A stretch of 64,000 nt of DNA from Desulfobaccales bacterium (GCA_052139855.1 JBKQVS010000115.1:14358-78357), one strand, 5' to 3'. Shown: positions 54,042 to 63,235, numbered from the stretch's first letter. Notes: generated by a model from the letters alone, not told the origin. Program-made: numbers and translations.

Positions 54042-55191
54042 CTTCCATGCGACTGGCCCGGATAGAAGGGTAGAGGCCAGCCCCCACGCCGATCACCACC
54101 GCGAACAGGAACGCCAGGGTCACCCCGAATAAGAAGAGATTTTCCGGCGGGCGGCTGTCAATGACGTGACTCAAAATCTCCATCATGATACGGCCTATCC
54201 CGGCCCCCAAGAGGGCCGCCCCGGCGCTCAGACAGAGAGCCTCGGAGAGAAATTGCGCCAGAATATCTCGATCTTCAGCGCCCATGGCTTTTTTCAACCC
54301 GATTTCCCGGGTTCGGGAGGTGACCGCGGCCATCATCACGTTCCAGATGCCGACGCCCCCCAAGAGGAAGGTGGCGCTGGTGGCCAGGTAAATCAAAAAC
54401 TCGATCCACCAGGCCAGCAACTGCACCCGTTTTAAGGCTTCCCAGGAAACTTCGACGTGAAGTTGTTCGGGCGATTGGTGAGATTGTACGACTCCGGGGA
54501 TCGCCGCCGCCACGGTGGCGACATCATCCCAGGTGGCGCAGCGCAGATAGACACGGTCGGCCAGCAGTCTGCCCGAGAAACGGTCCCCGGCGGTAGTAAT
54601 GGGAAGAAACGCGGAGTTGGCCAAGCCGCTATCGGTAACTCCTCCCAACACCCCGGATACCTGATAAATCTCCTGGTCAATCTCCAGGTCCCTGCCTCTG
54701 ATATGGGTGTCGCCGAAGATCTTCTTGGCCAGTTCGGCCCCCAAGACAACCTCGCGTTTGTGCCCGGTCACGGCGTCAAGATCGAAGAGTTTCCCGGTGA
54801 GGGGCCAAAAATTACGGACCTGCCAGAAACCTTCATCCACCGCCATGGTGCTGAAAGCGAAGTGCTGGCCTTGGAAGTTGGTTTGGTTGTACTTTACGGC
54901 CGTGAGGCTTAATTCTTTGACTCCATCGAGGTGTTTGAGGGCGGCGAGGGTTTGCTCCCGGAACCATTGGGGCCGGTAAGACCGTTGATTGTCGAAATAG
55001 ATTCTTAGGACGGTAACCCCGCCGATCAGGTCAAGATTCTCGTTGAAGTTTTTCTTGACCTCCCGGCTCATGGTGACGATATTCAGAAAGCCGGCAACGC
55101 CCAAAGCAATAGCCAACACCACCCCCAGATAGCGGCGGCGATGGCGTATCACCTGGCGCATACTAACCCGTATGAGGTCGTTAAGCCTCAT
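54016..55191 (-). CDS. FtsX-family ABC permease, MacB/DevC-type (4 TM plus a large periplasmic domain)
   Basis: 391 aa. MRLNDLIRVSMRQVIRHRRRYLGVVLAIALGVAGF (MacB_PCD-type N-terminus) and a C-terminal FtsX domain (…REIGLKKAMGAEDRDILAQFLSEAL…). Confidence 0.85.
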   Translation of the reverse strand: MRLNDLIRVSMRQVIRHRRRYLGVVLAIALGVAGFLNIVTMSREVKKNFNENLDLIGGVTVLRIYFDNQRSYRPQWFREQTLAALKHLDGVKELSLTAVKYNQTNFQGQHFAFSTMAVDEGFWQVRNFWPLTGKLFDLDAVTGHKREVVLGAELAKKIFGDTHIRGRDLEIDQEIYQVSGVLGGVTDSGLANSAFLPITTAGDRFSGRLLADRVYLRCATWDDVATVAAAIPGVVQSHQSPEQLHVEVSWEALKRVQLLAWWIEFLIYLATSATFLLGGVGIWNVMMAAVTSRTREIGLKKAMGAEDRDILAQFLSEALCLSAGAALLGAGIGRIMMEILSHVIDSRPPENLFLFGVTLAFLFAVVIGVGAGLYPSIRASRMEVVTAIRYE

Positions 55192-55219
55192 CAGGCGCGG
55201 CCCTCCCCATGATCCTCAA

Positions 55220-56518
55220 TCAATCGCCCAGCATGCTGACGGCAGTGCCATTGGCACCGGGATAGGTCGTGGTAAACCCGCTCTCCTCCAGGAAGGCGTC
55301 CGGCTGCGTGAAGTCGCAAGCCCGGATCCGGTGTTTCTTGGCCAATTTTTCAAGGACTTCCAAGACATAGCTGATCTGGCTGTCCTTGTGAGTGCTCATG
55401 TAAGCGGTGCGGATTACCGCTTGCCCCCGGGGAACTGCCGGATAGATGGCGGGCAAAGCAAAAACGCCGTGCTCAAACATGTCACGCGCGAAAAGGGCCG
55501 CTTTCTCTTCCGCCCCGATGTATATGGGGATGATGGGAGATTTGGAGTTCTTGGTGATGAGCCCGATCTCCCGGTATCCGGCATGGACATGGCGGGTGAT
55601 GTCCCAGAGGCGGGTCACCCGGTCAGGGTCCTCGTCCAGGATATCCAGGCAGGTCAGGACGGTGGCGGTGTTGCTGGCGGGAAGGGCTGCAGAGAAAATG
55701 AGCGGTTTGGAATGGTGCCGAATATATTCCAGCACCGCCTCGTCGTCGGCGGCGATGAAGCCACCGATGGAAGCCAGGGCCTTACTGAAGGTGCCCATAA
55801 TAAAGTCAACTTCCGACGTGAGTCCGAAATGACTGGCCGTCCCCCTTCCCCCGCGGCCCATCACTCCCAACCCATGGGCGTCATCCAGATAGACCAGCAG
55901 GTCCGGATGACTTTTCTTCAGCGCCACCAGTTCGTCCAGGGGCGCCAGATCCCCGGACATGCTGAACACGCCTTCGGTGACCAGGAACAGGCAGCCGTTG
56001 GCGTTTTTTTGGCGCGCCGCCGCTAACTTGCGGGAGGCCGCCGCGGCATCGTTGTGACCAAAGGGGATCAGCCGGGCGCGTGAGGCCTGGCACCCCTCAA
56101 AAATACTGGCGTGGTTTTCCCGGTCACAGACGATGATGTCTTGGGGGGTCAGCATACAGGCAATGGCCCCCAGATTAGTGGTGAACCCGGTAGCGTGGAC
56201 CACCGCCTTTTTCTTACCGACAAAGGCGGCTAGTCGATCTTCGAGCTTTTCATGCAAGGTCAAGTTGCCGCACAGGAATCGGGATCCCCCGGGGCCACTA
56301 CCCCACCGACGTGCAGCCTCGCCCGTTGCCTCAATTACTCTGGGATCGTGGGTAAATCCCAGGTAGTCGTTGGACCCGATCATAATCAGACGCCGGCCCG
56401 ACACCTCCACTTCTGTGCCCCAAGATCGGTCTATGGGCCGGAAGTAAGGGTAAAACCCTTGTTCCTTGGCGTCTTGGACCATAAGAGCAAAAGGTTGGCA
56501 CCGATTTCGCAGTTTCAT
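55220..56518 (-). CDS. Alpha-oxoamine synthase family PLP enzyme, serine-palmitoyltransferase-like
   Basis: 432 aa. GSNDYLGF, HATGFTTNLGAI, LDDAHGLGVMG and TFSKALASIGGF (PLP-Lys). The N-terminal FYPYFRPIDRSWGTEVEVSGRRLIMIGSNDYLG is, by recollection, closer to bacterial SPT-type members than to BioF. First gene of the operon. Confidence 0.8.
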   Translation of the reverse strand: MKLRNRCQPFALMVQDAKEQGFYPYFRPIDRSWGTEVEVSGRRLIMIGSNDYLGFTHDPRVIEATGEAARRWGSGPGGSRFLCGNLTLHEKLEDRLAAFVGKKKAVVHATGFTTNLGAIACMLTPQDIIVCDRENHASIFEGCQASRARLIPFGHNDAAAASRKLAAARQKNANGCLFLVTEGVFSMSGDLAPLDELVALKKSHPDLLVYLDDAHGLGVMGRGGRGTASHFGLTSEVDFIMGTFSKALASIGGFIAADDEAVLEYIRHHSKPLIFSAALPASNTATVLTCLDILDEDPDRVTRLWDITRHVHAGYREIGLITKNSKSPIIPIYIGAEEKAALFARDMFEHGVFALPAIYPAVPRGQAVIRTAYMSTHKDSQISYVLEVLEKLAKKHRIRACDFTQPDAFLEESGFTTTYPGANGTAVSMLGD

Positions 56519-57142
56519 AAAAGGATTCTACCCCCTCCCCCTCCGGTAGGTTTACACCTTTTTATTGCTATCTTGAGAAAATGTCAATGAGATTTGTATT
56601 AATAAACAGACAAACTCCCCCATCCCACCCATTGACATCGCTGTATCTTACCACAAATGAACTCAAGTTTTGACAAAAAAATATCACTTTTCAAGATATA
56701 TCGGCAAATATCAAGAATTATACCATCTTTTTTTTAATTAACCTGTGCCTCGGAAAAAGGTGCCGCATGGCTTATGTGCCGGCCCAGACCCGGCGAGAGG
56801 TGAAATTCACCCCTTGAGTTGCAGACGGACCGGTCTTGGGGCCTCTCTCCCCTCGGGCGCAGTACAAAGGAACGAGTGGCGCCCGGCGTCGATGGCCGGA
56901 GTCCTCACCTTGAGAGTTGACCATTAGACCGCCGCCACAGTCCAAAAGTTAAGCCCAGGGCGCCGGATCTTCCCTGGGAAATATATCCTATCTGCCTTTT
57001 GCTCTCCCCGCAGTCTTGCTTGTTTAAGCCCGCGGATCGCGGCTTTAATTACTAAACCCTAAAAATTACCTATATCGGCGTGGCGTAAAAAAAAAATTTT
57101 CAGATAGACCCGCGAGTGAGGCGGCATTTAGCCTGCGAAAAT

Positions 57143-58507
57143 TCACAACTGCTCCGGAATCCCGCCTAACAGGCGCCGTATGGCCCGGGCCTGGCCGGGC
57201 GTAATGCTGGGATAGGCATCCGGACAAAACTTCCGGAATTCCTCCGGCGTGATGGACTGCTCCGCAGAGGTTTCATGGTTGAGCACGACATAGCATTTTC
57301 GGGCTAGCCGGCTCATTTCCCGGTATTGGGCGGTCCAGCGCGGCAAGCTGAAGAGCTGCCCGCACACCATCACGGCCAGGATCACCCCGGCCAGCGCCCT
57401 GGTCCAGCGCCGCGACGGCAGCCTGGCGGCCAGCAGGCGCCAGGCAATTCCCACCAAAAGCAGGGCCCCGATCAAGGTAAAGATGTCGTAACGGGCCACA
57501 AAGGCCTGATTCACCGACCGCTGATAGCGGGTCAGGGAGACCAGGAAGAACGGCAGGACGTTTACCAAAAGAGCCCACAGGGCCAGGCGTTGGTCCGTCC
57601 TCTCGCCCCAGTGCCAGATTGCCGCCAAACTTGCGGTCAACAAGGCTACCCCGGCGATGTAAGCCGGGATGGGAAAGTGGTAATGCCCCCAAAACAGGTA
57701 GAGGAAGGGGGAGAGTAAGGCGCCGCAGAACAGGTGCAAGAAATAGGCGGGGCCGGGCAGACGGGAGAATATTTGAAAATTGCGGCTGGCGGCGGCGGGA
57801 AGACCCGCAAACCGGAAATAGCCGATGGCGAACAGGACATACACCAGGCCGACTACCCCGGCCACGGCCCAGAAGGCCCTCCAGGAGACCCGGTCCCCCA
57901 TGAGGAGAATATAGAGGGGTAAAGCCAGGAGCCCGAGCAGCGGGTAATTGTGAGAGAGAATGGACAAGGCGGCGCACACGCCAATGCCCCAGAGTTTGCC
58001 GCCCGAAGGGGAGTGCAGATACCGGTCGGTTAAGAGCAGTGCCCCCAGAAAGAACCCCAGGCTCAAGAGATAGCCGACATAGAAAGCATTCCAGGCAGTG
58101 GCGTGATGGGCCGCGGCGATGACATAGAGCAGGCTCAGGATGAACGCCAGGCCGGGCTCCCAGTGCCGCCGGAAAAAGTTGTAGAGCAGAAACGCATTCA
58201 CGCCGGTGCCCAGGCAATTGATCAACACCAGAAGAGAGTAGTGTTCTCCGGCGATTTTCACCAAGCCATAGTAAAGCAGATGGAAAAAGGGGAACCATTG
58301 CTCGCCATCCGGGGTGACGAGGTATTGTCCGAAAGGACGCTCCGCCATTTGGATGAGGGCAGTCCAATCGTCTAAAATATAAAAGAAGACCGGTCTCCAG
58401 AAGATGATTACCGGCAAAGCCAGCAACACCAGCAGCACCAGGAGCGGGTGAACCGGCGAGGAAACCGGTTTTGATTCCCCCGGGGGTGGCGCCTCAGCCG
58501 TCTGCAT
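57143..58507 (-). CDS. Polytopic membrane protein, possible GT-C-fold (ArnT/arabinosyltransferase-like) glycosyltransferase
   Basis: About 454 aa from MQTAEAPP (ATG 58507; the track's 58651 start would overlap the upstream gene by 121 nt). At least 10 hydrophobic segments. The first loop after TM1 has FFYILDDWTALIQMAERPFG (DD pair), and there is a short soluble C-terminus. Confidence 0.5.
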   Translation of the reverse strand: MQTAEAPPPGESKPVSSPVHPLLVLLVLLALPVIIFWRPVFFYILDDWTALIQMAERPFGQYLVTPDGEQWFPFFHLLYYGLVKIAGEHYSLLVLINCLGTGVNAFLLYNFFRRHWEPGLAFILSLLYVIAAAHHATAWNAFYVGYLLSLGFFLGALLLTDRYLHSPSGGKLWGIGVCAALSILSHNYPLLGLLALPLYILLMGDRVSWRAFWAVAGVVGLVYVLFAIGYFRFAGLPAAASRNFQIFSRLPGPAYFLHLFCGALLSPFLYLFWGHYHFPIPAYIAGVALLTASLAAIWHWGERTDQRLALWALLVNVLPFFLVSLTRYQRSVNQAFVARYDIFTLIGALLLVGIAWRLLAARLPSRRWTRALAGVILAVMVCGQLFSLPRWTAQYREMSRLARKCYVVLNHETSAEQSITPEEFRKFCPDAYPSITPGQARAIRRLLGGIPEQL

Positions 58508-58530
58508 GTTTGAAGGTCTCTGAATCTCGA

Positions 58531-59859
58531 TTATCCAATCGGCGATTTGGCAACATAACTTAAATCGTCCCGGACCTGCTGTGCCGCAGTTTCCGGGGAC
58601 ACGCCCCTCAGAGGGATAAGGCCGAGGAGCAGATGGAAAAACCAGCAACACTGGGGAAAGAGCAGCCCGTCGAAGAATTGAAAATGCACCAGCGCCATGG
58701 TCAGGGAGAACAGGAGCACCAGGGGGTGTAAGACCCCCCCCGGCGGGGGTTTGAAGGCCAGGCCCCCCAACCTCGCCAGGAGGATCCCCAGGGAGGCCAG
58801 GTAAATCAGGGTGAAAGGCAACCCCAGACCCACCATCAGAGTCAGGAACTGGTTATCGGCACTGACAATTTCACGAATGGTGCGGGAAAACTGCTCTTTC
58901 GTGACCGTGGGGTAGATGGGGGTATAATCCCGGATAAATTGTTCCCGGGGAGCCCGAAGGCCGATCCCCAGCCAGGGGTACTTTTTGGCAATACTCCAGG
59001 AGAAGGGAAAATTTTCCATCCGGTAAGCCGGATAGGCCATGGAGAGCTTATGCCAGATGATTTTTTGATGAAACATGCCCACCACCATGGCCATGACCAG
59101 GCAGATGAGCAGAAAATACTTCCACCGCAGGGTCCCGAATAAGGTGCCCACCAGACAGACTCCCAGGGGGATGAATACCACGGATATTCGTTCGCTGAGG
59201 CACAGAATGATATAGCTGAGGCCCAGAAGGACGATGCCCAACACCATCAAGGGCCGCGACTTTTGACCCAGCAGGGTCAGGGGTGCAAAGCACAGCAGGA
59301 GAATGAGATTAGTGAGAGGATGGCTGCGGTCGATCATAAAATGTTCGATATAAGCGGTGGTGAAGTAACCCAGGAAGCTTAAGACCAGCAGGGCGCCCAG
59401 GAGCCACAGGCAGAGCCGGACAAACCGGCGCTGGTTTTCCGGAGTTTGCAGCAGGATGCGGGCGCACCAGAATCCTCCCAACCCGGAGGCCAAAAACACG
59501 AATACCCGAAAGGAAGAAGATAAAGGCGTGATGCTGAACCCAGCGCTCACCCCGGCTATCACCGCCAGGGCCGCGGAGATCAAGAATTCCGGCGACCTGA
59601 CCTGGATGGCGTCCCGCCTCCCGAAGACCACCGCCACCAACAAGGTGAGAAAACAGAGCAGGCCGGAAAACAGGTTGGACCTCTCCCCGGCAACCAACAA
59701 GAAAGAGGGGTGCTGCAAGACCAACTGGCAGGAGGTGGCAGCAAAAAAGAGCCAGATAATCTTTTCCGATCTGGTCATTGCTGCCTTTGCGCCGGGGGCG
59801 GCGGTACCGTTGCCGTCAAGCGGTTTGCATTTTGGGAAAAATCTTAGTATGAACTTCAC
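58531..59859 (-). CDS. O-antigen ligase/polymerase-like membrane protein (Wzy_C-type domain)
   Basis: 442 aa, about 10-12 TM segments. A periplasmic loop …YPWLGIGLRAPREQF… is followed by VSADNQFLTLMVGLGLPF (compare G.G.g.f … aHN.yL..l.e.Gl.G of WaaL/Wzy_C). The start is uncertain (59859 or 59778). Confidence 0.55.
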   Translation of the reverse strand: MKFILRFFPKCKPLDGNGTAAPGAKAAMTRSEKIIWLFFAATSCQLVLQHPSFLLVAGERSNLFSGLLCFLTLLVAVVFGRRDAIQVRSPEFLISAALAVIAGVSAGFSITPLSSSFRVFVFLASGLGGFWCARILLQTPENQRRFVRLCLWLLGALLVLSFLGYFTTAYIEHFMIDRSHPLTNLILLLCFAPLTLLGQKSRPLMVLGIVLLGLSYIILCLSERISVVFIPLGVCLVGTLFGTLRWKYFLLICLVMAMVVGMFHQKIIWHKLSMAYPAYRMENFPFSWSIAKKYPWLGIGLRAPREQFIRDYTPIYPTVTKEQFSRTIREIVSADNQFLTLMVGLGLPFTLIYLASLGILLARLGGLAFKPPPGGVLHPLVLLFSLTMALVHFQFFDGLLFPQCCWFFHLLLGLIPLRGVSPETAAQQVRDDLSYVAKSPIG

Positions 59860-60008
59860 GTAGCAGGCCGAAGTTACCAGAAAGGGCTTCCTTGCCCGCG
59901 AGGCCTCAAATAGCCGGTTACCGGTAAAGTGCAGGAGATTCGTCGGGAGGATCCACCCAAAGTCTTATTAACCTTATTTGTTAGCAGATAATCAGGAGAA
60001 AGGGAAGT

Positions 60009-60836
60009 ATGTTGGCCGGGAAAAAAGTGTTGGTGGTCATGCCTGCCTATAACGCCGCCCAAACCCTGGAACGCACTTTTAAGGACATCCCCTTTGATGT
60101 GGTGGATGAGGTCCTGCTGGTGGACGACGCCTCCCATGATGAGACGGTGGAGGTGGCCCGGCGGCTCGGCATCCGCTGTTTTTTGCATGCCCGGAACTGG
60201 GGTTATGGCCGCAACCAAAAAACCTGTTACACCGAGGCCTTGAAACTGGGCGCCGATATCGTGGTGATGGTCCACCCCGATTACCAATATTCCCCCAAGA
60301 TCATTCCGGCCCTGGCCGGCCTGGTGGCCAGCGGCGAATACGAGGTGGCCATCGGCTCCCGGATTTTGGGGGGCCAAGCCCGGCATGGGGGCATGCCCGT
60401 CTATAAATATATATTCAATCGCCTGCTCACCCTGTTCCAGAACCTGCTCCTGGGCGCCAAACTCTCCGAATATCACACGGGTTTTCGGGCCTTTTCCCGG
60501 AAAGTCCTGGAGACTCTCCCCTTGTGGGAGAACTCCGACGATTTTGTCTTCGACAACCAGATGCTGGCCCAGGTCATTTACTTCGGTTTTCCCATCGGCG
60601 AGGTATCCTGCCCCACCCGGTATTTCGAGGAAGCTTCTTCCATCAATTTTCCCCGGAGCGTGAAATACGGCCTGGGAGTGCTGGTGACTTCAGTGCAATT
60701 TTTTCTGCAAAAGCGGGGCTGGACCCAGTGCCGCATCTTCTCCCCCCAGGGCCGGGGGCTGATGCCTCGGGATTATTATGCCGAGCATGTCCCGGACCCG
60801 GGCTCCGTCTCCTCGAAGCCTGCGGCCTCGGACTGA
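60009..60836 (+). CDS. Family-2 glycosyltransferase, Dpm1-like (probable polyprenyl-phosphate sugar synthase)
   Basis: 275 aa. [19 protein letters not shown]...[38 protein letters not shown]. Confidence 0.8.
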   Translation: MLAGKKVLVVMPAYNAAQTLERTFKDIPFDVVDEVLLVDDASHDETVEVARRLGIRCFLHARNWGYGRNQKTCYTEALKLGADIVVMVHPDYQYSPKIIPALAGLVASGEYEVAIGSRILGGQARHGGMPVYKYIFNRLLTLFQNLLLGAKLSEYHTGFRAFSRKVLETLPLWENSDDFVFDNQMLAQVIYFGFPIGEVSCPTRYFEEASSINFPRSVKYGLGVLVTSVQFFLQKRGWTQCRIFSPQGRGLMPRDYYAEHVPDPGSVSSKPAASD

Positions 60837-60939
60837 TTCAAGGCGGGCTCTGGCGGCGTTTTGGGGCTTGCGGCTATTTCTCGGGGGTCGGGGTTATCAG
60901 GGCGGTGGCGCCTTGCGGGATTAAAGGCCGCGGTTTTCC

Positions 60940-61917
60940 TTATTTTCCGGCAACCTGACCTGCTTCCGGTTTCCCCATCCTCCGCCAATCTTCCCCCAAT
61001 TCTGTCAGGGTCACCCCCGAAACCGGGCCGGTCTTAACCAGCCAGGTGAGGAAAGTGCGGATCTTCTCGACGAACCGGCTGACCGCGGCCTCGGTGGGAA
61101 AGAGCCGGCTGGCCCCGGGCTTGAGTTCCGAGGAATGGAAGAACAGGGTGAACACCCGGCCGCCGCGGCGGCGGTGGAGGCGGGCCGCCAGTTGCATGGA
61201 CACCAGAGGATACCAGGCCGGCTGCACCCCGGCCACGGCCCCATAGCGGAATAAGTCCTCCAGGCGCTCGCCCCAGGGGGGCGGGGCCATCGCGGCCAGG
61301 CGCGCCACTAATTTCGGAGTCCCGGCCACTACGGGCACTAGGGTGATGGGGACTTCCAGAAGGGACCGCCCCGCCGGCTCGATCTCGGCCAGGGGAAAGG
61401 GGTCCACCGGGGCCAGAAAAAAGCGGGGATCGGAATTCTTGGGGGTCAGCGGCGCCACGCTACTGTCTACTTCCAGGCCGAACTCCGGCAGGAGGCCGAA
61501 AACCTTGCGCCCCGCATCAAACCGCCCCATACGGAAGGATCGGGGCGTGACCTCCAGGGCGTTTCGGACCTGATCGGTCAAGTTGGCGAATTTATCCCGG
61601 AGGAGTTCCCGGGGCAGCTTTTCCGAGGCCACCGGCTCGGGGTCCGGCAGGTCGGCAAAAGGCGGGGTGTTCCAGTGATGCAGATGGAGCCCGATCTCGG
61701 CGCCGTAGCGGTCCCGCCACTGGGCCAGGACCCGGCAGGCGGCGGGGTCCCGGGCCACCTGGTAGGTGACCAGGAGCGTCAGGGGCAAGCCGAACTCCCG
61801 GGGGATGAACGCCAGGCGCGCCAGTTCCGCCACGTTGGTCACCCCCGGGGGCGTGCGGGGGTAGTGGCCGGAAAACAGCCCTTCTTCTTCCACGTCGATG
61901 GAGATCACCAGTTGCAT
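60940..61917 (-). CDS. Polysaccharide-deacetylase-superfamily (WalW-like) protein
   Basis: About 325 aa from MQLVISIDVEEEG (ATG 61917). ISIDVEE, GLHLHHWN and SFRMGRF resemble the D(D/E), HxxxH and R.g.f motifs of NodB-fold deacetylases in a divergent arrangement. Tentative. Confidence 0.5.
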   Translation of the reverse strand: MQLVISIDVEEEGLFSGHYPRTPPGVTNVAELARLAFIPREFGLPLTLLVTYQVARDPAACRVLAQWRDRYGAEIGLHLHHWNTPPFADLPDPEPVASEKLPRELLRDKFANLTDQVRNALEVTPRSFRMGRFDAGRKVFGLLPEFGLEVDSSVAPLTPKNSDPRFFLAPVDPFPLAEIEPAGRSLLEVPITLVPVVAGTPKLVARLAAMAPPPWGERLEDLFRYGAVAGVQPAWYPLVSMQLAARLHRRRGGRVFTLFFHSSELKPGASRLFPTEAAVSRFVEKIRTFLTWLVKTGPVSGVTLTELGEDWRRMGKPEAGQVAGK

Positions 61918-61934
61918 GGGCGGTCCCGACACCC

Positions 61935-63143
61935 TCAATCCCTCAGGTCCAGGGCCACCTTGAGGCTTTGGTGGCGGCGCTTGTCAAAGGCGGTCTTAAG
62001 GGCGCGGCGGTAATCGGCGAGAGGGAAGAGATGGGAAACCAGCCCCGGCAAGGGATAATCCCCCCGGGCCAGCAACTCCACCGCCTTTTCATAGGTGCGG
62101 ATTTTTTGGCCCTGAAAGATGCCGTAAGAGTACATGGAGGAGCCGGTGAGCTTAAGCTCCCTGAACCACAGGCTGGAGAAGTCCACCGGCCCCATGACGC
62201 CGGCGGTGCCCACCAGGACATAAGTCCCCCGGCCCTTGAGGGTCAGGAGCCCCTCTTGCAGGGAGTTTTTGGAGCCCACGCAGTCAAAGAACAGGTCGGC
62301 GCCGCCCTCCAGGTTGCCGCCCCCCAGGGTGGTGGGCACGAATCGAGCCCCCACGGCCTCCCCCAGCAGGGCCCGGCTGGGGTGCGACATGACGATACTG
62401 GCTCCCCCGGCCAGGGCCAGTTCTTCCTGGAACCGGTACCGGGCCACCATCACCACCCGGGCGGCGCAGCCCAGGGCCCGGAGCAGACGAATCAGGTGCT
62501 GGCCGATGATGCCGGCGCCATAGACCACCACGGTGTGCCGATCTTCCGGGAAGTTATCCAGGACCGGCTGGAGGGCCGAGGCCAGGGAATCGGTGAGCAC
62601 CGCGGCTTCGTCGGGGAGGTCATCCGGCAGCCGCACCAGCCGGCTGGGATGGGCGGCCATCAGCTCGGCCATGCCGCCCCCCACGCCCCGGGTGAAGCCC
62701 AGGACCGCCCCGGGGGCCAAGTCACCGGCCAGAAAGTTTTCGCAGAGGTTGTAGGCTCCCTGGGCGCAATAGCGGCACGGCGGCAACCCCCGGACTTCGC
62801 ATGGCAGGATCGGCTCCACCACCACTCGGTCGCCGACGCGCCATTCCGACCCCGGGGGGGCCTCCGCCACTTCGGCCACCACTTCGTGGCCCAGCACCGC
62901 CGGCATGGAGGCGTAAGGCTCCAGCAACAAGGATTCGGCCCCTTTGAGGAGCCTCAGATCTGAGCCGCAGATGCCACAGAGGCGGGGGCGCAGCACCACC
63001 CAGGCCGGCCCGGGAGGGCTGAACTCCATCTCCTGCATCTTTAGGGGTGCCACCCCGGCAAAGAAGGTCCGGGGCCAGAAGCGGTTCAGGCCTTTGGCCA
63101 GCAGGTAGCGGCCCACCGAGCGATAGTAAACCAGCGCTTTCAT
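61935..63143 (-). CDS. Zinc-dependent medium-chain dehydrogenase/reductase (sorbitol/threonine dehydrogenase-like)
   Basis: 402 aa. CGICGSDLRLLKG, GHEVVAEV, the structural-Zn-like C…C..C……C stretch (LPCEVRGLPPCRYCAQGAYNLC), and Rossmann VVVYGAGIIGQ. Confidence 0.8.
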   Translation of the reverse strand: MKALVYYRSVGRYLLAKGLNRFWPRTFFAGVAPLKMQEMEFSPPGPAWVVLRPRLCGICGSDLRLLKGAESLLLEPYASMPAVLGHEVVAEVAEAPPGSEWRVGDRVVVEPILPCEVRGLPPCRYCAQGAYNLCENFLAGDLAPGAVLGFTRGVGGGMAELMAAHPSRLVRLPDDLPDEAAVLTDSLASALQPVLDNFPEDRHTVVVYGAGIIGQHLIRLLRALGCAARVVMVARYRFQEELALAGGASIVMSHPSRALLGEAVGARFVPTTLGGGNLEGGADLFFDCVGSKNSLQEGLLTLKGRGTYVLVGTAGVMGPVDFSSLWFRELKLTGSSMYSYGIFQGQKIRTYEKAVELLARGDYPLPGLVSHLFPLADYRRALKTAFDKRRHQSLKVALDLRD

Positions 63144-63235
63144 GAGATTGGATTCATCCGGGGACAGGTTTTGCCCCCGGTGATGCTATGGACTCTGGCC
63201 CGGGACGGGGCGCTTGTCAAGACCATTCTTGCCCC

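Noticed and set aside
54589-54596. GGCGGTAG, the core of the ops/JUMPStart element that marks RfaH-dependent polysaccharide operons in enterobacteria.
   Set aside because: It lies inside the FtsX permease coding region and on the non-coding orientation for that operon. It is not in a 5' leader, so it is most likely a chance occurrence.
56745-56927. A 60-aa track ORF (MPRKKVPHGLCAGPDPARGEIHPLSCRR...).
   Set aside because: The composition is typical of random translation of GC-rich DNA. There is no RBS and no motif. The region is discussed instead as a possible structured RNA or relic.
26022-62963. Many other long ORFs overlapping recognised genes in antisense or alternative frames. Examples: 5559-6410, 26022-26798, 35862-36590, 36780-37457, 37827-38456, 38879-39517, 46194-47396, 48081-48752, 48984-49580, 50194-50841, 50973-51800, 55172-56026, 57273-58367 and 61968-62963.
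   Set aside because: All lie in high-GC stretches. They have Arg/Gly/Pro/His-biased, motif-free translations and overlap ORFs with clear family signatures. I treat them as shadow ORFs.
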